Shown in pieces: positions 1-23,446 of a stretch of DNA of 64,000 bases. Numbering within the stretch: the first letter of the stretch is position 1; each line of letters starts with the position of its first letter. Origin of the DNA: the human T2T-CHM13v2.0 reference genome, Homo sapiens; the NCBI RefSeq assembly GCF_009914755.1, contig NC_060943.1; one strand, 5' to 3'. A program made the translations under genes and the position numbers. The notes under the pieces were generated by a model. The model had not been told where the DNA came from. It did no database searches and saw only the letters and a program-made list of their open reading frames with translations.

Positions 1-37
1 TGCTTAGTTGGCTATACCTGCCCCCCGCCCCCGCCGC

Positions 38-1810
<1,773 letters not shown>

Positions 1811-2093
1811 ATACGGTCATGCACAACTCAGATCTCAGCTCTGCTCTCAGGGGACTCAGTCTATGGCGGGGAAGAGTCCCAAAATCAGTAAACAAATATA
1901 TCATCTCAAAGGTGTTATTAAGAAGAGGATGCTGAGACTATGATACAAGGGAGGGTGAGGCCCAGGCTGATAGGGTTGTCAGGAAAGGCTCTCGAGGTGA
2001 GGTCTGCACTATGATCTGAACAAGGGGCCAGCTCTAAACACCCTAAACAGGCAGAGAGAACAGTGTGGGATCATACTGTTTATTTAAAAAATA

Positions 2094-3845
<1,752 letters not shown>

Positions 3846-3977
3846 CGATGTTGTGATTTTTGAGGCTGCATAGGATGCCATGGTGTGGACTCACCACAAT
3901 TTACTGAAGTGAGACTCTAGTCTCCTGGCTTGGTTCCATTTTTAGGCCACTGTTAAAAGTGTCTTAAGTGTATATAG

Positions 3978-6378
<2,401 letters not shown>

Positions 6379-6643
6379 TTATTCCGTTCAATAAAGTCAC
6401 GTCATTAATTTAGCTGTGATCCTATTTTCATTGTATCATCTAATCAATTCACAAATCGCACGTCCTTATTTTTGGCTCAGAAGAAAAAACAAAGGTTGCA
6501 GTAAATCCAGACGTGACAGCCAAGTTGGCTTGCTCTTTCTCCTCCTTCCACATTTTGTTGCTGGGCACACTGAAGACAGGGCCACTCAAAAAGAGACCCT
6601 CGCTGACAAATCGGGACCAATTTTGATTCCCTGGAAACCATCA

Positions 6644-6649
6644 TTTATT
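6644..6649 (-). terminator. SLC35E1: Distal polyadenylation signal AATAAA of SLC35E1
   Basis: TTTATT on the + strand. On the minus strand it is followed by a CA site ~20 nt downstream and U/GU-rich sequence (ttggtcccgatttgtc...tctctttttgagtgg). Confidence 0.75.
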
Positions 6650-7234
6650 TTTGGTAAATGCCAGTGAGGAATATACACGTCATTCCTGCAGAAAAGTCTA
6701 TAGCATTTAAGTCTTGAAAACAGGTGACAATTGAAAAACATTATAATATTTTCAGGTCTTTTAATAATTCAATGCTCTGTGTCCTTCAGGCTGTGAGACC
6801 CTAAGGTATTGGGGTCTGGTAATGTCCCAGCTATAGCAAAGGGCCTGTTGGGTGACATAGGACAAATATACAGCAAAATTCAGAAACTGCAAGTGCTTCC
6901 TCACTTGAACGGATCTGGCCCCTTTGTGGTAGGGGCTTGACTGTTCCTAGAATGAATGACTTAAAATAAGGTGGTTAAAAATTCTGCAGTGAGTCTCGCC
7001 ATGGTGAACAAACATGATTCAGAAATGCCTCCTTCTATAAAATGAAGGAGCTGGGTTGGAGTCAGTATTACCAGCCAGACCATACCCTGATGGGTAAAGG
7101 AAATTCTCTACCACAGAGCTCAGCAGTGAGGTGGCTGAGAGGAAGGCAGGCCTGCAGATGAAAGCGTGGGAGTGGAGCATGTGGGGCGGGCACTGTCCGG
7201 CTGGGAAAACCCAGCCTTCAAGAGGCCATTGTCA

Positions 7235-7547
<313 letters not shown>

Positions 7548-7664
7548 TCAAGTCTCAGAAATATGTGTTTGTCTTTTGATCTGCTGATTTGGTGTAACGT
7601 GATTGCCTCATTCATTCCAGTGTACGTACTTGCTGTAAATTTATATACAGAATTAAATAGCCCA

Positions 7665-7670
7665 TTTATT
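7665..7670 (-). terminator. SLC35E1: Candidate proximal polyadenylation signal AATAAA of SLC35E1
   Basis: Canonical hexamer with U-rich upstream sequence. The downstream element looks weaker than at the distal site. Confidence 0.5.
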
Positions 7671-8542
7671 AATTTATAAACCATAATAAAACCAGACAGT
7701 CATTTCCCGTCACCAGCAGATCTTGCATTGGAAAAGGAAAATAATATACAAATTTCAGCAACTTCAGAGATTTCAGGAAGCCTGAATGGAGGTCGAATTC
7801 ATTTTGGAGTTCAATAATATGTTCAAAGAATCAGGTACTATATATAATCATATAGACAACTCCCGTAATATCTCCGCAGTGCAAAATTATCCCTGTTTCT
7901 TGTCATTCACCAGTGAGAAAAATCCAACTGCAGACTTGACTGCCTTCGGTGAAGGCACACGGCAAGTTCTTCTGACAAATAACACCCTTTGGGATTGACT
8001 CTTCACGTTTTACACAGCAATTGTCTCAGCTTGGGACCAAAGTATTTACAAAGCAAGCGAACAAGAGACGAAGCAAGAGGGACACTTCTGAGGCCGGTGG
8101 TGCGGAAACTCACCGCCAAACAGGGTGGGGGGCCAGTCACCTCTTCAGGAGTGTCCCATGTGTCAGCTGACATAACATCTTAAATACAGAATTCCAATTG
8201 AAAGAAAAACAAACAACAACAAAAGAAACACCAGTCAAGCATAAGTGATGTTACTTCCTCTCTGAACAGGGAAACATCTCGCTCGCTGGGAGATAAAAGG
8301 TAAATCTCTCATTTGCTGCTCTCTTCCCCTAAGTGCCAGCAAGAAGCTGGGTGTGGTGATGAAGAAAGAAGGCAGCCATCACCTAAGACCCCACAAGCCA
8401 AGCCGTGGTCCCCTCCGTGAGGGCACGGTCCTTTCATGAAGCCGTAAAAGAGACCACAGCTCGGACCTGAGCACTCAGGGTTACCTACTGGGGTCTTGTC
8501 ATATTCCTTATGTTGATTTCTGCCAAGACCCAAACTGATTCC

Positions 8543-8833
8543 TTTTTTTTTTTTTTTTTTTTGAGACAGAGTCTCACTCTGTCACCAAGGCTGGAGTGCA
8601 GTGGTGTGATCTCAGCTCGCTGAAACCTCCACCTCCTGGGCTCAAGTGATTCTCCTGCCTCAGCCTCCCAAGTAGCTGGGATTACAGGCAGGTGCCACCA
8701 TGCCTGGCTAATTTTTGTTTTAGTAGAGATGGGGTTTCACCATGTTGGCCAGGGTGGTCTCAAACTCCAGTGATCCACCCACCTCAGCCTCCCAAAGTGC
8801 TGAGATTACAGGCATGAGCCACCACGCCTGGCC
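8543..8833 (-). mobile_element. AluS in the SLC35E1 3'UTR (sense in the mRNA, 20-nt A tail)
   Basis: T20 then reverse Alu consensus. Flanked by TSD-like cccaaactga(tt/ct)c. Confidence 0.92.
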
Positions 8834-9126
8834 CCAAACTGACTCTTGACCAAAGAATCTGATTTGGCAAACCAAATCTTAGTGCAGTGTTCGCTCCTCG
8901 TCCCCTTACCCAGAACATGATTCAGATCCTAACATAAACACAAAAACAGGTCAGGGAACCAAAACACTGTGGTCTTGTCTATTATACAAAATATTGAGAT
9001 AATGTTCACGATTCATTCTGTTTTCAGCAATTGTGACAATTTTGAAGCTTCTCTCGAAGCTTCGAAACACTTCATTTCCTACTAAATACCAAAACGTGTC
9101 AGACAGGCATCACCAGTGGGAACTTG

Positions 9127-9422
9127 GTTTTGTTTTGTTTTTTTTTTTGAGATGGAGTCTCGCTCTGTTACCCAGGCTGGAGTGCACAATCTCGGCTCAC
9201 CACAACTTCTGCCTCCCAGGTTCAAGCAATTCGCCTGCCTCAGCAGCCTGAGGAGCTGGGACTACAGGCACGCGACACCATGCCCGGCTAATTTCTGTAT
9301 TTTTAGTAGAGATGGGGTTTCACTATGTTGGCCAGGCTGGTCTCGAACTCCTGACCTCGTGATCCGCCCATCTTGGCCTCCCAAAGTGCTGGGATTACAG
9401 GTGTGAGCCACTGTGCCTGGCC
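9127..9422 (-). mobile_element. AluS in the SLC35E1 3'UTR (sense in the mRNA)
   Basis: Reverse Alu consensus. TSD-like gggaactt(g/t)gtttt on both sides. Confidence 0.92.
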
Positions 9423-10468
9423 GGGGAACTTTGTTTTTAAACGTTTACAAACAAAAAGATTTTCGATGCATAGGCCAGTCCTAATGCATCCCATAATGGG
9501 GACCAAGGCAAAAACACACACACACAACTACAAAATATTCCCTAGAAAAATGCAAGATCCTCCGAAAATCAAGATCTCTCTACCAAACAACATACCAAGT
9601 CATCACAGAAGAGGTGAAGATGCCTCTCAAAAGACATGTGCCACAGAAATAGAGCTTGAAATACTGAACACGATTTCTCGAAGATCCTTCTCACCACCCC
9701 AAGAGAAGCGCCCTGCTCTGGTGAGGGAAGAGGAGGCAAAGGAGAAGAGAGAAGTTTCCCTTCCATCTGGATCTGGGTGGATGCCAACCCTGACGTGCAG
9801 GGCAGAGCACCAGGCTGCAGGAACTGGATGCTAATTGCAATCGCTTTTTGCTTTGGAACATTTGCCAGGAACTTGTGAACTGCTAAGGGGATGACCAGGA
9901 AACTGGATCCATCTCTGTGGCTGGGGATGTTTTGAATGATTCTCGCGGGCTCCCTGTCTGCTTGGTGACCCTGTTGGTCCTATGCGTATCTGCGCCAGGG
10001 AATTAAACTAGCCAGTCTGACGTTCTCAAGCACCGCCCTGGACACCCCCACTGCCAGTTCATGGTCTACAGCCACAGTGACCCCAGCTTTTCACACAGGT
10101 CCTGAATGTTATCTGGAATGCAGACACAAGTGCTCTGAGCTACACTGCTTGGGGAATAATTCCACATGGAAAGGTACAACGTGGCCAAGATCTCCGCAGG
10201 GACACGGCCCTCAGATGACAGACTCCAGGAAGAAAGAGCATGAGACACTGGTCTCTGTTTAGGTTTGCCCAGAGCTCACGGCCGTCTGCACTGCAGGCAA
10301 CGCATCCTCCTGCGGCTCACGGGGGGCCAGGAACCCCAGGGCTTCTGATGGAGAGTTATGCACCGTCCCCTCGGCTGGGTTGTACATTCACTGATTGTCA
10401 GAAGTTTCTGATACTGCTGTGGGGGCCGGGGAAGGAGTCACCAACAGTCTGGTCCTGTCCTTTGGACT

Positions 10469-10699
10469 CTACACATCATAGCGGTTCAAACTGTACGAGT
10501 TTGGGTAGCTCTGCCGGCTGTATTGGAAGTGGTCTGTTAAGATGTTGTTGCGGCCGTACTGATAGTCCCCGTGCTGGGGGAAGAGGAGGCCGTTGTGGGG
10601 CTTCTCCAGTGGGCTCCGGTGACGCTCCTTGCTGCTCAGGTCTGCTGTGGTGACGGGGAGGAGGTGCTTCCTGGCTTGCTGGTTTGCATCGTACTTGGT
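10469..10699 (-). CDS. SLC35E1: SLC35E1 coding exon 6 (terminal; cytosolic tail [12 protein letters not shown]...SLNRYDV*)
   Basis: Acceptor tggcacag|, stop TAG at 10471-10469. Total CDS 1233 nt = 410 aa, the length I recall for SLC35E1. Confidence 0.96.
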   Translation of the reverse strand, partial: TKYDANQQARKHLLPVTTADLSSKERHRSPLEKPHNGLLFPQHGDYQYGRNNILTDHFQYSRQSYPNSYSLNRYDV

Positions 10700-10765
10700 C
10701 TGTGCCAGAAAGAGAGCAATGAGACAGGACATGCCCGGGGCATAAGAGCTCGTAATTCAAAGTCA

Positions 10766-11810
<1,045 letters not shown>

Positions 11811-11941
11811 TCATAAACCAGTCAGTGGCAAAGCTCTGACATACAACCCCAGCCTTGAGCGCCCGGGAGGCCCTTCCTTTTCTGACTTCCTGGGTGTTGG
11901 GGGGCCGGCTTCCTTCCCTGCCCAGCCTCTCAGACTCTCAC

Positions 11942-12187
11942 CTTGTTATAGAGGAAGACCCCCAGGATGGCGGTCATCATGCCCAGGACGTTGGTGCTGG
12001 TGACTGGGTTGCGCAGCATGATCAGGGACACCGTGATGACCATGATTCTTTTGGTGGCATTGGCGACCGAGTAGCTCAGCGGGCTAACGAGGTTGAGGAT
12101 GCTGAAGGCGATAACATTCTGGGCAAAGTTACAGAAGCCGCTGACAGCCAGGAGCAGGAGCGTCCAGGGCCACTGGTAGACGTAGGT
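11942..12187 (-). CDS. SLC35E1: SLC35E1 coding exon 5 ([82 protein letters not shown])
   Basis: Acceptor ctctgcag| and donor AAG|gtgaga. 246 nt, phase 0-0. [13 protein letters not shown] is a typical TPT/SLC35 motif. Confidence 0.96.
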
Positions 12188-13078
12188 CTGCAGAGACCGG
12201 AAGGTAAAGACAGCACTTCAGTGGGCAGCGGTGACCCTGCCTCCCTGTATCCACCTGGCAGGGTTAGGGGAAGGGATGTGGAGGGGCTCATCTGGAGCCT
12301 CATGGTCCACAGGCAGCCAGTCCAGATGTGTCACCAAGAGACACTAGGTGCTTTAGGTCCATGACCTCAGAACCTCATGACACCACACAGCATGGGAATC
12401 ACCCGCCGTCTCCTGCCAAGGAAACAGGTGAAGCCAGGTCCCCAAAGGGCACCAAGCAAGACGTAAGCCAAAGCCTTCCCTGGCAGTGAACAGCCAGGAA
12501 CCCTGGGTTTGGCAAAGCAGGGATCTGCTTGTTGGACGCAATGCATTCTACAGGGTTGGAGGTCCTGGGAAGGTGGCTCTGAGCCTGCGAAGTACCTGGT
12601 AATACGAAAGCCACGGGTCTGCACCTATTGCTGCGAGGATGAACAGAATCATGGCTTTTGAAGTGCTTTACAACAATCTCAAGCCAAACAAACACAAGAG
12701 GTGACGTTACCATCAACAGCTGAGGCCAGGTGCAGTGGCTCACACCTGTAATCCCAGCACTTTGGGAGGCCGATGCAGCTGGATCATCTGAGGTCAGGAG
12801 TTCAAGACCAGCCTGACCAACATGGTAAAACTGTGTCTCTATTAAAAATACAAAATTGGTCGGGTGTGGTGTGGTGTGGTGGCGCATGCCTGTAATCCCA
12901 GCTGAGGCAGGACAATCTCTTGAACCTGGGAGGTGGAGGTTGCAGTGAGCTGAGATTGCACCACTGCACTCCAGCCAGGGCAACAGAGCGAGACTCTGTC
13001 TCAAAAAAACAAACAAAAAAACCAGTTTAGGTTGGGCGTGGTGGCTCATGCCTGTAATCCCAGCACTCTGGGAGGCTA

Positions 13079-13354
<276 letters not shown>

Positions 13355-13837
13355 CTAAGGGATCCAGAAATTAAGAAATCACAACTAGCAGACATCGGGA
13401 CCATGGAATCCCCCAAAGAGCCTAGGCTGGTCCCAGGACAGGCAGACAGGTGAGAACCAGGTAGACACTGCCCTGTAGGCCAATTTCCAGGCCACGCTGA
13501 CCTTGGCCACAGGAGGACAGAGCTGGCTCAGCCCAGGGTGACCGTGATTGGCGGCCCTGCTGGAGCTGCAGGATGTCTACCTGACTCCATCTCCACTGCA
13601 CTCCAAGAGAGAAGGATCACACGGTCCTCTCAAATGCAAGAAGACACGCTTAGGCGACCAGCTCAATGTCAACCAACTCAAGACTGGAACTCCCAAATGC
13701 AAATCCATTTACCTGTGCCATACACCCTGCAGCTTCTGCGGGGAACCTCACTGGAGGAATAGCCCCTGTAATATATATGAGCCCACCAGGATGCCTTCAT
13801 GTTGGGCCAGCCTGTTCTCCCAGGGGTCGCTCCCTAA

Positions 13838-14282
<445 letters not shown>

Positions 14283-14598
14283 AATTCCAGGCATTTTAAC
14301 AAATGCATCAATTCATGGAACCACCATGACCATCAGGGATTAGGACACTCCTGGGGGGCTTCTCTTTTGTCCTAACCCCCTCCTCCTAAACCTGGCAACC
14401 ATCCATGTTTTCTGTCATGATCCGTGTGTCCTTGGGAGACTGTCATGGAGCTGGAATCACATGGCTGGGAACCTTTGGAGACAGGCTGCTTTCACTCAGT
14501 GTGGCAACTCTGCCATTCATCCATGTTGTGAGGGACAAGAGTTGGTACCTTTTCATTGCTGAGTAATGCTCCACTGTGTGTAACATTCCATGTACTGA

Positions 14599-15412
<814 letters not shown>

Positions 15413-15493
15413 TGAACCACTGCACCCAGCCATCTGTCCATTGTCTTCTGATCTAATTTCTCTCTGTTGTTTAAACTGGATAATGTAGACTGA

Positions 15494-15778
<285 letters not shown>

Positions 15779-15882
15779 TGAACTCCTGACCTTGTGATCC
15801 ATCTGCCTTGGCCTCCCAAAGTTCTGGGATTACAGGCATGAGCCACCACGCCCAGCCAATCCCGTGAGTTTTTAAGTTACTA

Positions 15883-16125
<243 letters not shown>

Positions 16126-16251
16126 CTAGCCAAGTTTGGTGGCTCATGTCTATAGTCCCAGCACTTTGGGAGGCTGAGGCGGGTGGATCACTTAAGCCCA
16201 GAAGTTTGAGACCAGACTGGGCAATATGGCAAAACCTTCTTTCTACAAAAA

Positions 16252-16253
<2 letters not shown>

Positions 16254-16285
<32 letters not shown>
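16254..16285 (+). repeat. (AC)16 microsatellite in an Alu linker
   Basis: Directly visible. Confidence 0.95.
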
Positions 16286-16290
<5 letters not shown>

Positions 16291-17999
16291 TAACCAGATA
16301 TGCTGGTGTGAACGTGTAGTCCCAGCTACTCAAGAGGTTGAGGTGGGAGGATCACTGAGCCCAGAGAGGTTGAGGTGGCAGTGAGCTGTGATTGTACCAC
16401 TGCACTCCAGCCTGAGCACAGAATGAGACCCTCTCTCAAAGGAATTTAAAAAATTTCCATTTGGTTCTTCACTCTATCTTCTATCTGTTCACATTTGTCT
16501 CCAGAGTCTTTACTTTGCTCCTTGGAGCACGATGGTAATCACTGCTTTAAAGTCTGTCTGATAATCCCAACATCTGTATCATTGCACTGTTGGCCCTTGT
16601 TGATTGTCTTTTCCCAACCACCTGGAATTTCCTGGGTCTTCGTAAACTACGTAATTTTGGCTGGAATCCCGGGCATTTCGCATATTATAAAAGTCTGGGT
16701 CTTATTTAAATCCTATGAAGAATGTTGATGTTTTGTTTTAGCAGGCAATTGATGATGCTGGGTTCAGGCTGCAGGCTTGACCAGCCTTCTGTGGGTTGTG
16801 GTTCCAATGTCAGTTATGTTTTCAAAGCCTTTCCAGTGGTATTTGGCTCTGTCCTGAGTCTGTGCCGCCCGTGGTCAGTCTGAAAGCCAAGCGGTGGTCT
16901 CTCCCACAGTTCTGTTCTTAGTCTTTGGTATGCTGTTTAAGATCTCATCCTCACATGTGTGACGCTCAGGGGCGAGCCTGGGATTCCATGGGCGACTTTA
17001 TGAGGTCGCTGTCCTCAGCTCCTCCCTCCACACAATCTCCTGAGTACTTTCTAGTTTCCTAGTCCCTCCCTTTCATGGCCCTCCAGTCAGAAAGCTGAGG
17101 TTTAATCACCGTACTCTGCTGTTCACTTCCTGTGATTACACCCCCATTTGAGGGTCAAGCAGTGACAGTACAGAGAACAAGCTGCAAAAGGGCTCATCCC
17201 ATCCTCTGAGGACTATATGTCCTCAAACAGCAGAGGAAGAGTCGCCCTTCTCAGGGTTTTAGGTGGCTGTGGAACCTGCTGCTGCTGCCACCAACGTAGG
17301 ATTGTCAGGAGCCTGGGAAGCAAGAGATGAAGGCAAAAAAGAAAATAGAAAAAAACCTAACAGACAGCCGGGCGTGCCGGCTGGCGCCTGTAATCCCGGC
17401 ACTTTGGGAGGCTGAGGCAGGGAGATGATCTGAGGTCAGGAGTTCGAGACCAGCCTGGCCAACATGGTGAAACCCCGTCTCTACTAAAAACACAAAAATT
17501 AGCCAGGAGTGGTGGTGCGCGCCTACAATTCCAGCTACTCAGGAAGCTGAGGTGGGAGAATCACTTGAACCTGGGAGGTGGAGGTTAGAGTAAGCTAAGA
17601 TCGTGCCACTGCACTCCAGTCTGGGTGACAGAGTGAGACTCCATCTCAAAAACAAAAAAAAAAAACCAAAAAAAAAAAAAAAAAAAGAGAAAAAGCCTAA
17701 CAGGCATCCAGGTGTGGTGGCTCACGCCTGTAATCCTATCTCTTTGGGAGGTCGAGGCAGGCAGATCACCTGAGGTCGGGAGTTCAAGACCAGCCTGGCC
17801 AACATGGTGAAACCCATCTCTACTAAAAAAAAAAAAAGAATACATAAAAATTAGCTGGGCATGATGGCATGTGCCTGTAATCCCAGCTATATGGGAGGCT
17901 GGGGCAGGACAATCTCTTGAACCCTGGAGGCAGAGGTTGCAGCGAGCTGAGATCACGCCACTGCGCTCCAGCCTGGGCAACAGATCAAGACTCCATCTC

Positions 18000-18042
<43 letters not shown>

Positions 18043-19172
18043 GAGAAAGCCTAACAGGGGATTTCCTCCATTCTCTCTGAGGGTTAGGAGTCTCCTTTCC
18101 CATTCTCCAGACTCCAAGCAGAGAACATCTCTGTTCTCATTCAGTGCCCACATCTACCTTCTGAGCTGCCTCATGTCCAGGCTGAAGACACAGGAGGAAG
18201 AAGAATGACGAACTCACTGGTGGCTCCAAGGCACTCTGAATTCTGGTCTTTCCTCCGCCCATCTGCCTGCTACCATTTATTTCTCGGTTCTCAAGTAGCT
18301 GCTTCATGCATTCTGTCCAAGTTTTGAAACCAGGCCACCTGCTCCAGAGTCTAGGAATCCCCGCCTGTCTTTTGCCAAGCCATTTGGCAACTGGGCCAGG
18401 CGTCTCTGGGAACTGCCCACTGCAGCCTTTGATTCTTGGTAGACTGGAGAGCAGCAGACACCAGCTGACATTCTCCCATCTCATCCTCTTCCCGCCTGTT
18501 CTGGAGAACAGGACTGCGACGGTGCTAACTAACCTGCTGTCTGTGTAGTCTATGTGGGAGACACAAGACAAAGAGGGGGAACCCAGACATGTGGGAACCC
18601 CATCTTCAGACTGCAACATTAGTGAATATGGTGTATGCCTAGGGCTGCTATTAAAATACACAAAGTCATGCTCATGTTAAAAAACATATGGGCCAAGTGT
18701 GGTGGCTCACAGCTGTAATCCCAGCACTTTGAGAGGCCAAGGCGGGAGGATGGCTTAAGGCCAGGAGTTCAAGACCAACCTAGGCAACAGTGGGAGACAG
18801 TCTCTACGAAAAAAAAGAACCAACCAAACAAAACACCACCAAACATAACATACATAGCCTCAACTAAAAAAAAAAGGTTACTTAAGGTATTACAACAACA
18901 AAAAAGATAATGACTAGAACAACAATAACAACACAAAATGTCCTAAGTGCAAGAAAAGCAAAGACAAAAAAACACAGCAAAAGCCTGTATGTTTCTGTCC
19001 ATGTGTGGACACATACATACTCTAATGAGCTGTAACACAGAACAGCAGAGGAACTGACAGGAAACCCACTGACACTATTACACAGCCGTACAAGAAATGA
19101 GAAAGGCCTTCTATGTCGTTATGAAGAGCTCTCTGGGACGATGAGATGAAATGAACAAGGTGCAGAATAGTT

Positions 19173-19495
19173 CAGCTCCCCTTCAGTATCCACGGAGGAC
19201 TGGTTCTAGGGACCCCTGCGGATGCCAAAATCTACAGATATTCAAGTCCCTTTTATAAAATGGTTTAGTATTTGCATGTAATCCATGCACATCCTCCCAT
19301 ATACTTGAAATCATCGCTAGATTACTTGTAATCCCTAATACAATAAAACTGCTATACAAATAATTGTTATACTGTATTATTTTAAAATGTCTTATTCTTT
19401 ATTATAGTATTTTGTTTGTTTTTCTACCATATATTTTCAATTCGCAGTTGGCTGAATCCACTAGTGTGGAACCCACAGATATGGAAGGATGACTG
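19173..19495 (+). mobile_element. MER2-family TcMar-Tigger DNA transposon (near full-length MITE)
   Basis: Imperfect terminal inverted repeats (cagctccccttcagtatcc ... agatatggaaggatgactg, then TA). Internal sequence matches MER2 by recall. Confidence 0.8.
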
Positions 19496-19820
19496 TATGT
19501 TTATATTTATTTTTGAGATAGGGTCTTGCTCTGTCATGCTGGCTGGGGTGCAGTGGCTCAAACATGGCTCACTGCAGCTTTGACCTTCCCGGGCTCAAGT
19601 GATCTTCCCACCTCAGGCTCCCAAGTAGCTCGGACTACAGGCATGTGCCACCATGCCGGGTTAATTTTTGGTTTTGTTTTACGTAGAGACGGGGTTTCAC
19701 CATGTTGACCAGGCTGGTCTCAAACTCCTGAGGCTAAAGCAGTCTGCCTGCCTCTGCCTTCCAAAATACTGGGATTACATGTGTGAGGCACTGTGCCTGA
19801 CCTGTAAATTTAAAAAGCTA

Positions 19821-20108
<288 letters not shown>

Positions 20109-20872
20109 TCAAAAAATAAAATAAAATAAAATAAAATAATAAAATAAAAAGCTACTCTGTGTGTAATAAGGACAGAGGGTGATTATACATGCAAATTTGC
20201 TTATATTTGCAAAAATATGGAACAGGTGAACTAGGAGCCTAAGAAATGTTATCCATGGTCAGGGAGGGGACAGGGAGAGTACAGGAATCATGACCAGACT
20301 TCTTCTTTTTTTTTATTTTTATGAGACAGTCTCACTTTGTCACCCAGGTTGGAGTGCAGTGTCGTGATCTCAGCTCACTGCAACCTCCACCTACCTAGTA
20401 GCTAGGATTATAGGCGTACGCCACCACACCAGATAATTTTTATATTTTTTCTAGAGATGGGGTTTCCCCACGTTGGCCAGGCTGGTTTCGAACTCCTGGC
20501 CTCAAGGGATCCACCTACCTCGGTCTCCTAAAGTGCTGGGATTCCAGGTGTGAGCCACCACACCCAGCCTGCAAAGAAATACTAACCTTTTCTCAGCACT
20601 CCAGTTGCAATTGTGCTGTGAGAATGCTCATTCTGAAGCAATTATATGAGTGAGTGTACAGTAGAATAACATCAGTGAATAACGGGTAGAATAAGCAACT
20701 AAGAAACGAGGAGCGGAACCAAGCATACCAGCGACGAGATCTAAATATGAAATTCAAAACAGCAAAGATCTGGACTGTTCAACTGAAAGTGACGCTAATT
20801 GCTAGGAACTCTTTGCTGCTGCCCCAAGTGTGTACTTCCTAATTTTTCACAGTAAAGGCCTAACAACAATGA

Positions 20873-21313
<441 letters not shown>

Positions 21314-21954
21314 TGAACTCCTGACCTCAAGTGATCTGCCCACCTCGGCCTCCCAAAGTGCTGGGATTACAGGCTGGAGCCACTGCGCCTGGCCAAGACA
21401 GGACAATTTGACTAGGAAAACGAATAATTCATGCAACTGACAAACACATAAAAGTTCACAATGATGCTGGAGAAAAAAAGAGAACCCCTTCCCTACCCCC
21501 AAACAAACCCTCAACTCTGGTCAACATTTGGAGTAAGCTCCAACTCTCTATCCTGAAAATTAGTCATCAAAAGGAACAGTTAAGCATTAAACTGCCTTTC
21601 TCGTACCATACTTCAAGGTAACAAACTAGTCCTGGAAGATGGAAAGTTCTTCACAGAAGAATTACAGCTCATCAATGTGAAACGAAAGTTAGAAAAGTGA
21701 GCCATGGTTTACTGATTGGGAAAATAGAGGTAATATCCACTACTTCAGCAGGTGGAGCCAAGGATTAAAGATAAGAAATGTCACAAATCCAGCTAGACCA
21801 CATTAAGACCTCAATAAATATTTACTTTTCCTTTCTAACTCGAGTCTGGAAGAATCGCACTGGCCTCCTCCTCACCGCAGGCACTTGCATTCATTTATAA
21901 CACATTCTCTGAAGGCAGACCCTGCAGGTGGCAAAAAGATTCGACGTGGAGTAA

Positions 21955-22644
<690 letters not shown>

Positions 22645-23320
22645 TCAAAGTTCCAGGGCTGGCAAGGCACAGTGGCTCACATCTGTAATCCCAGCACTTT
22701 GGGAGGCCAAGGCAGATCTCTTAACGCCAGGAGTTCAGGACCAGCCTGGGCAACATAGTGAGACCCTGTCTCTCCAAAAACAGTAAAAAAACAAAAATCA
22801 AACAAAAAAAAATTAGCCAGGCATGGTGGTATTCGCCTGCAGTCCCAGTTACTCGGGAGGCTGTGGGAGGATCGCTTGAGCCCCGGATTGAGGTCAAGGC
22901 TGCAGTGAGCCATGATTGTGCCACTGCACTCCAGCCCTGGCAACAGAGCGAGGTTCTGTCTCTAAAAAATAAACATTTAAAATAAAAAATGAGTAAAAAT
23001 AAAAAGTCAATGTGCTATCTGGACTATACTGTCAGGAGGTGAAAGAGTCACCTTCTCTTCCTTGACGCTACTGGCGCACACACAGCAGCTATCAGCACCT
23101 GGGATCAAGCACACCAGAGAAGGAAATACACAGGAAACCCACTTCCTCGATGGCGTGCATCGTCACCGTGAGGCATTACAGAGGACTGACTGCTGAAAGC
23201 GCTGGCTGTCAGGTGCCCAAAAGATACCACAATGTTAACATGCAGCTACAGCTCCTCAACAAAGCACCTATTCTGGAACTAGCCAAGAAAATGGCGTGTT
23301 CTTGGTGCTGTACAACTCAC

Positions 23321-23446
23321 CAAGTCGCTGCTGACCAGGAAAGCCGAGAGGTCCACCAGAACCCAGGTGGGGATCATAAAGAAGACGGCGTGGCAGCCCA
23401 GGATGTTGAGCAGCCGGAGATGGTGGATCCGTGAATCTCGCAAGAC
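23321..23446 (-). CDS. SLC35E1: SLC35E1 coding exon 4 ([42 protein letters not shown])
   Basis: Acceptor ctttccag| and donor TTG|gtgagt. 126 nt, phase 0-0. Confidence 0.95.

Noticed and set aside
7941-7957. Perfect 7-bp hairpin tgccttc-ggt-gaaggca as a Roquin CDE
   Set aside because: The mRNA-strand loop is ACC, not pyrimidine-purine-pyrimidine. Short hairpins occur by chance.
8543-8562. A20 run in the SLC35E1 3'UTR as a possible transcript end (also the A tract at 31711-31726)
   Set aside because: The 8543 run is an Alu tail with no upstream PAS and a likely oligo-dT internal-priming artefact. The MED26 tract similarly blurs mapping of the true cleavage site.
9044-9066. GAAGCTTC repeats and the palindrome tcgaagcttcga as a heat-shock element
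   Set aside because: Spacing between TTC and GAA units (4 and 0 nt) does not fit the nGAAn array.
21921-21934. CTCF-like CCTGCAGGTGGCAA
   Set aside because: Two mismatches to the core consensus. Cannot be supported without ChIP data.
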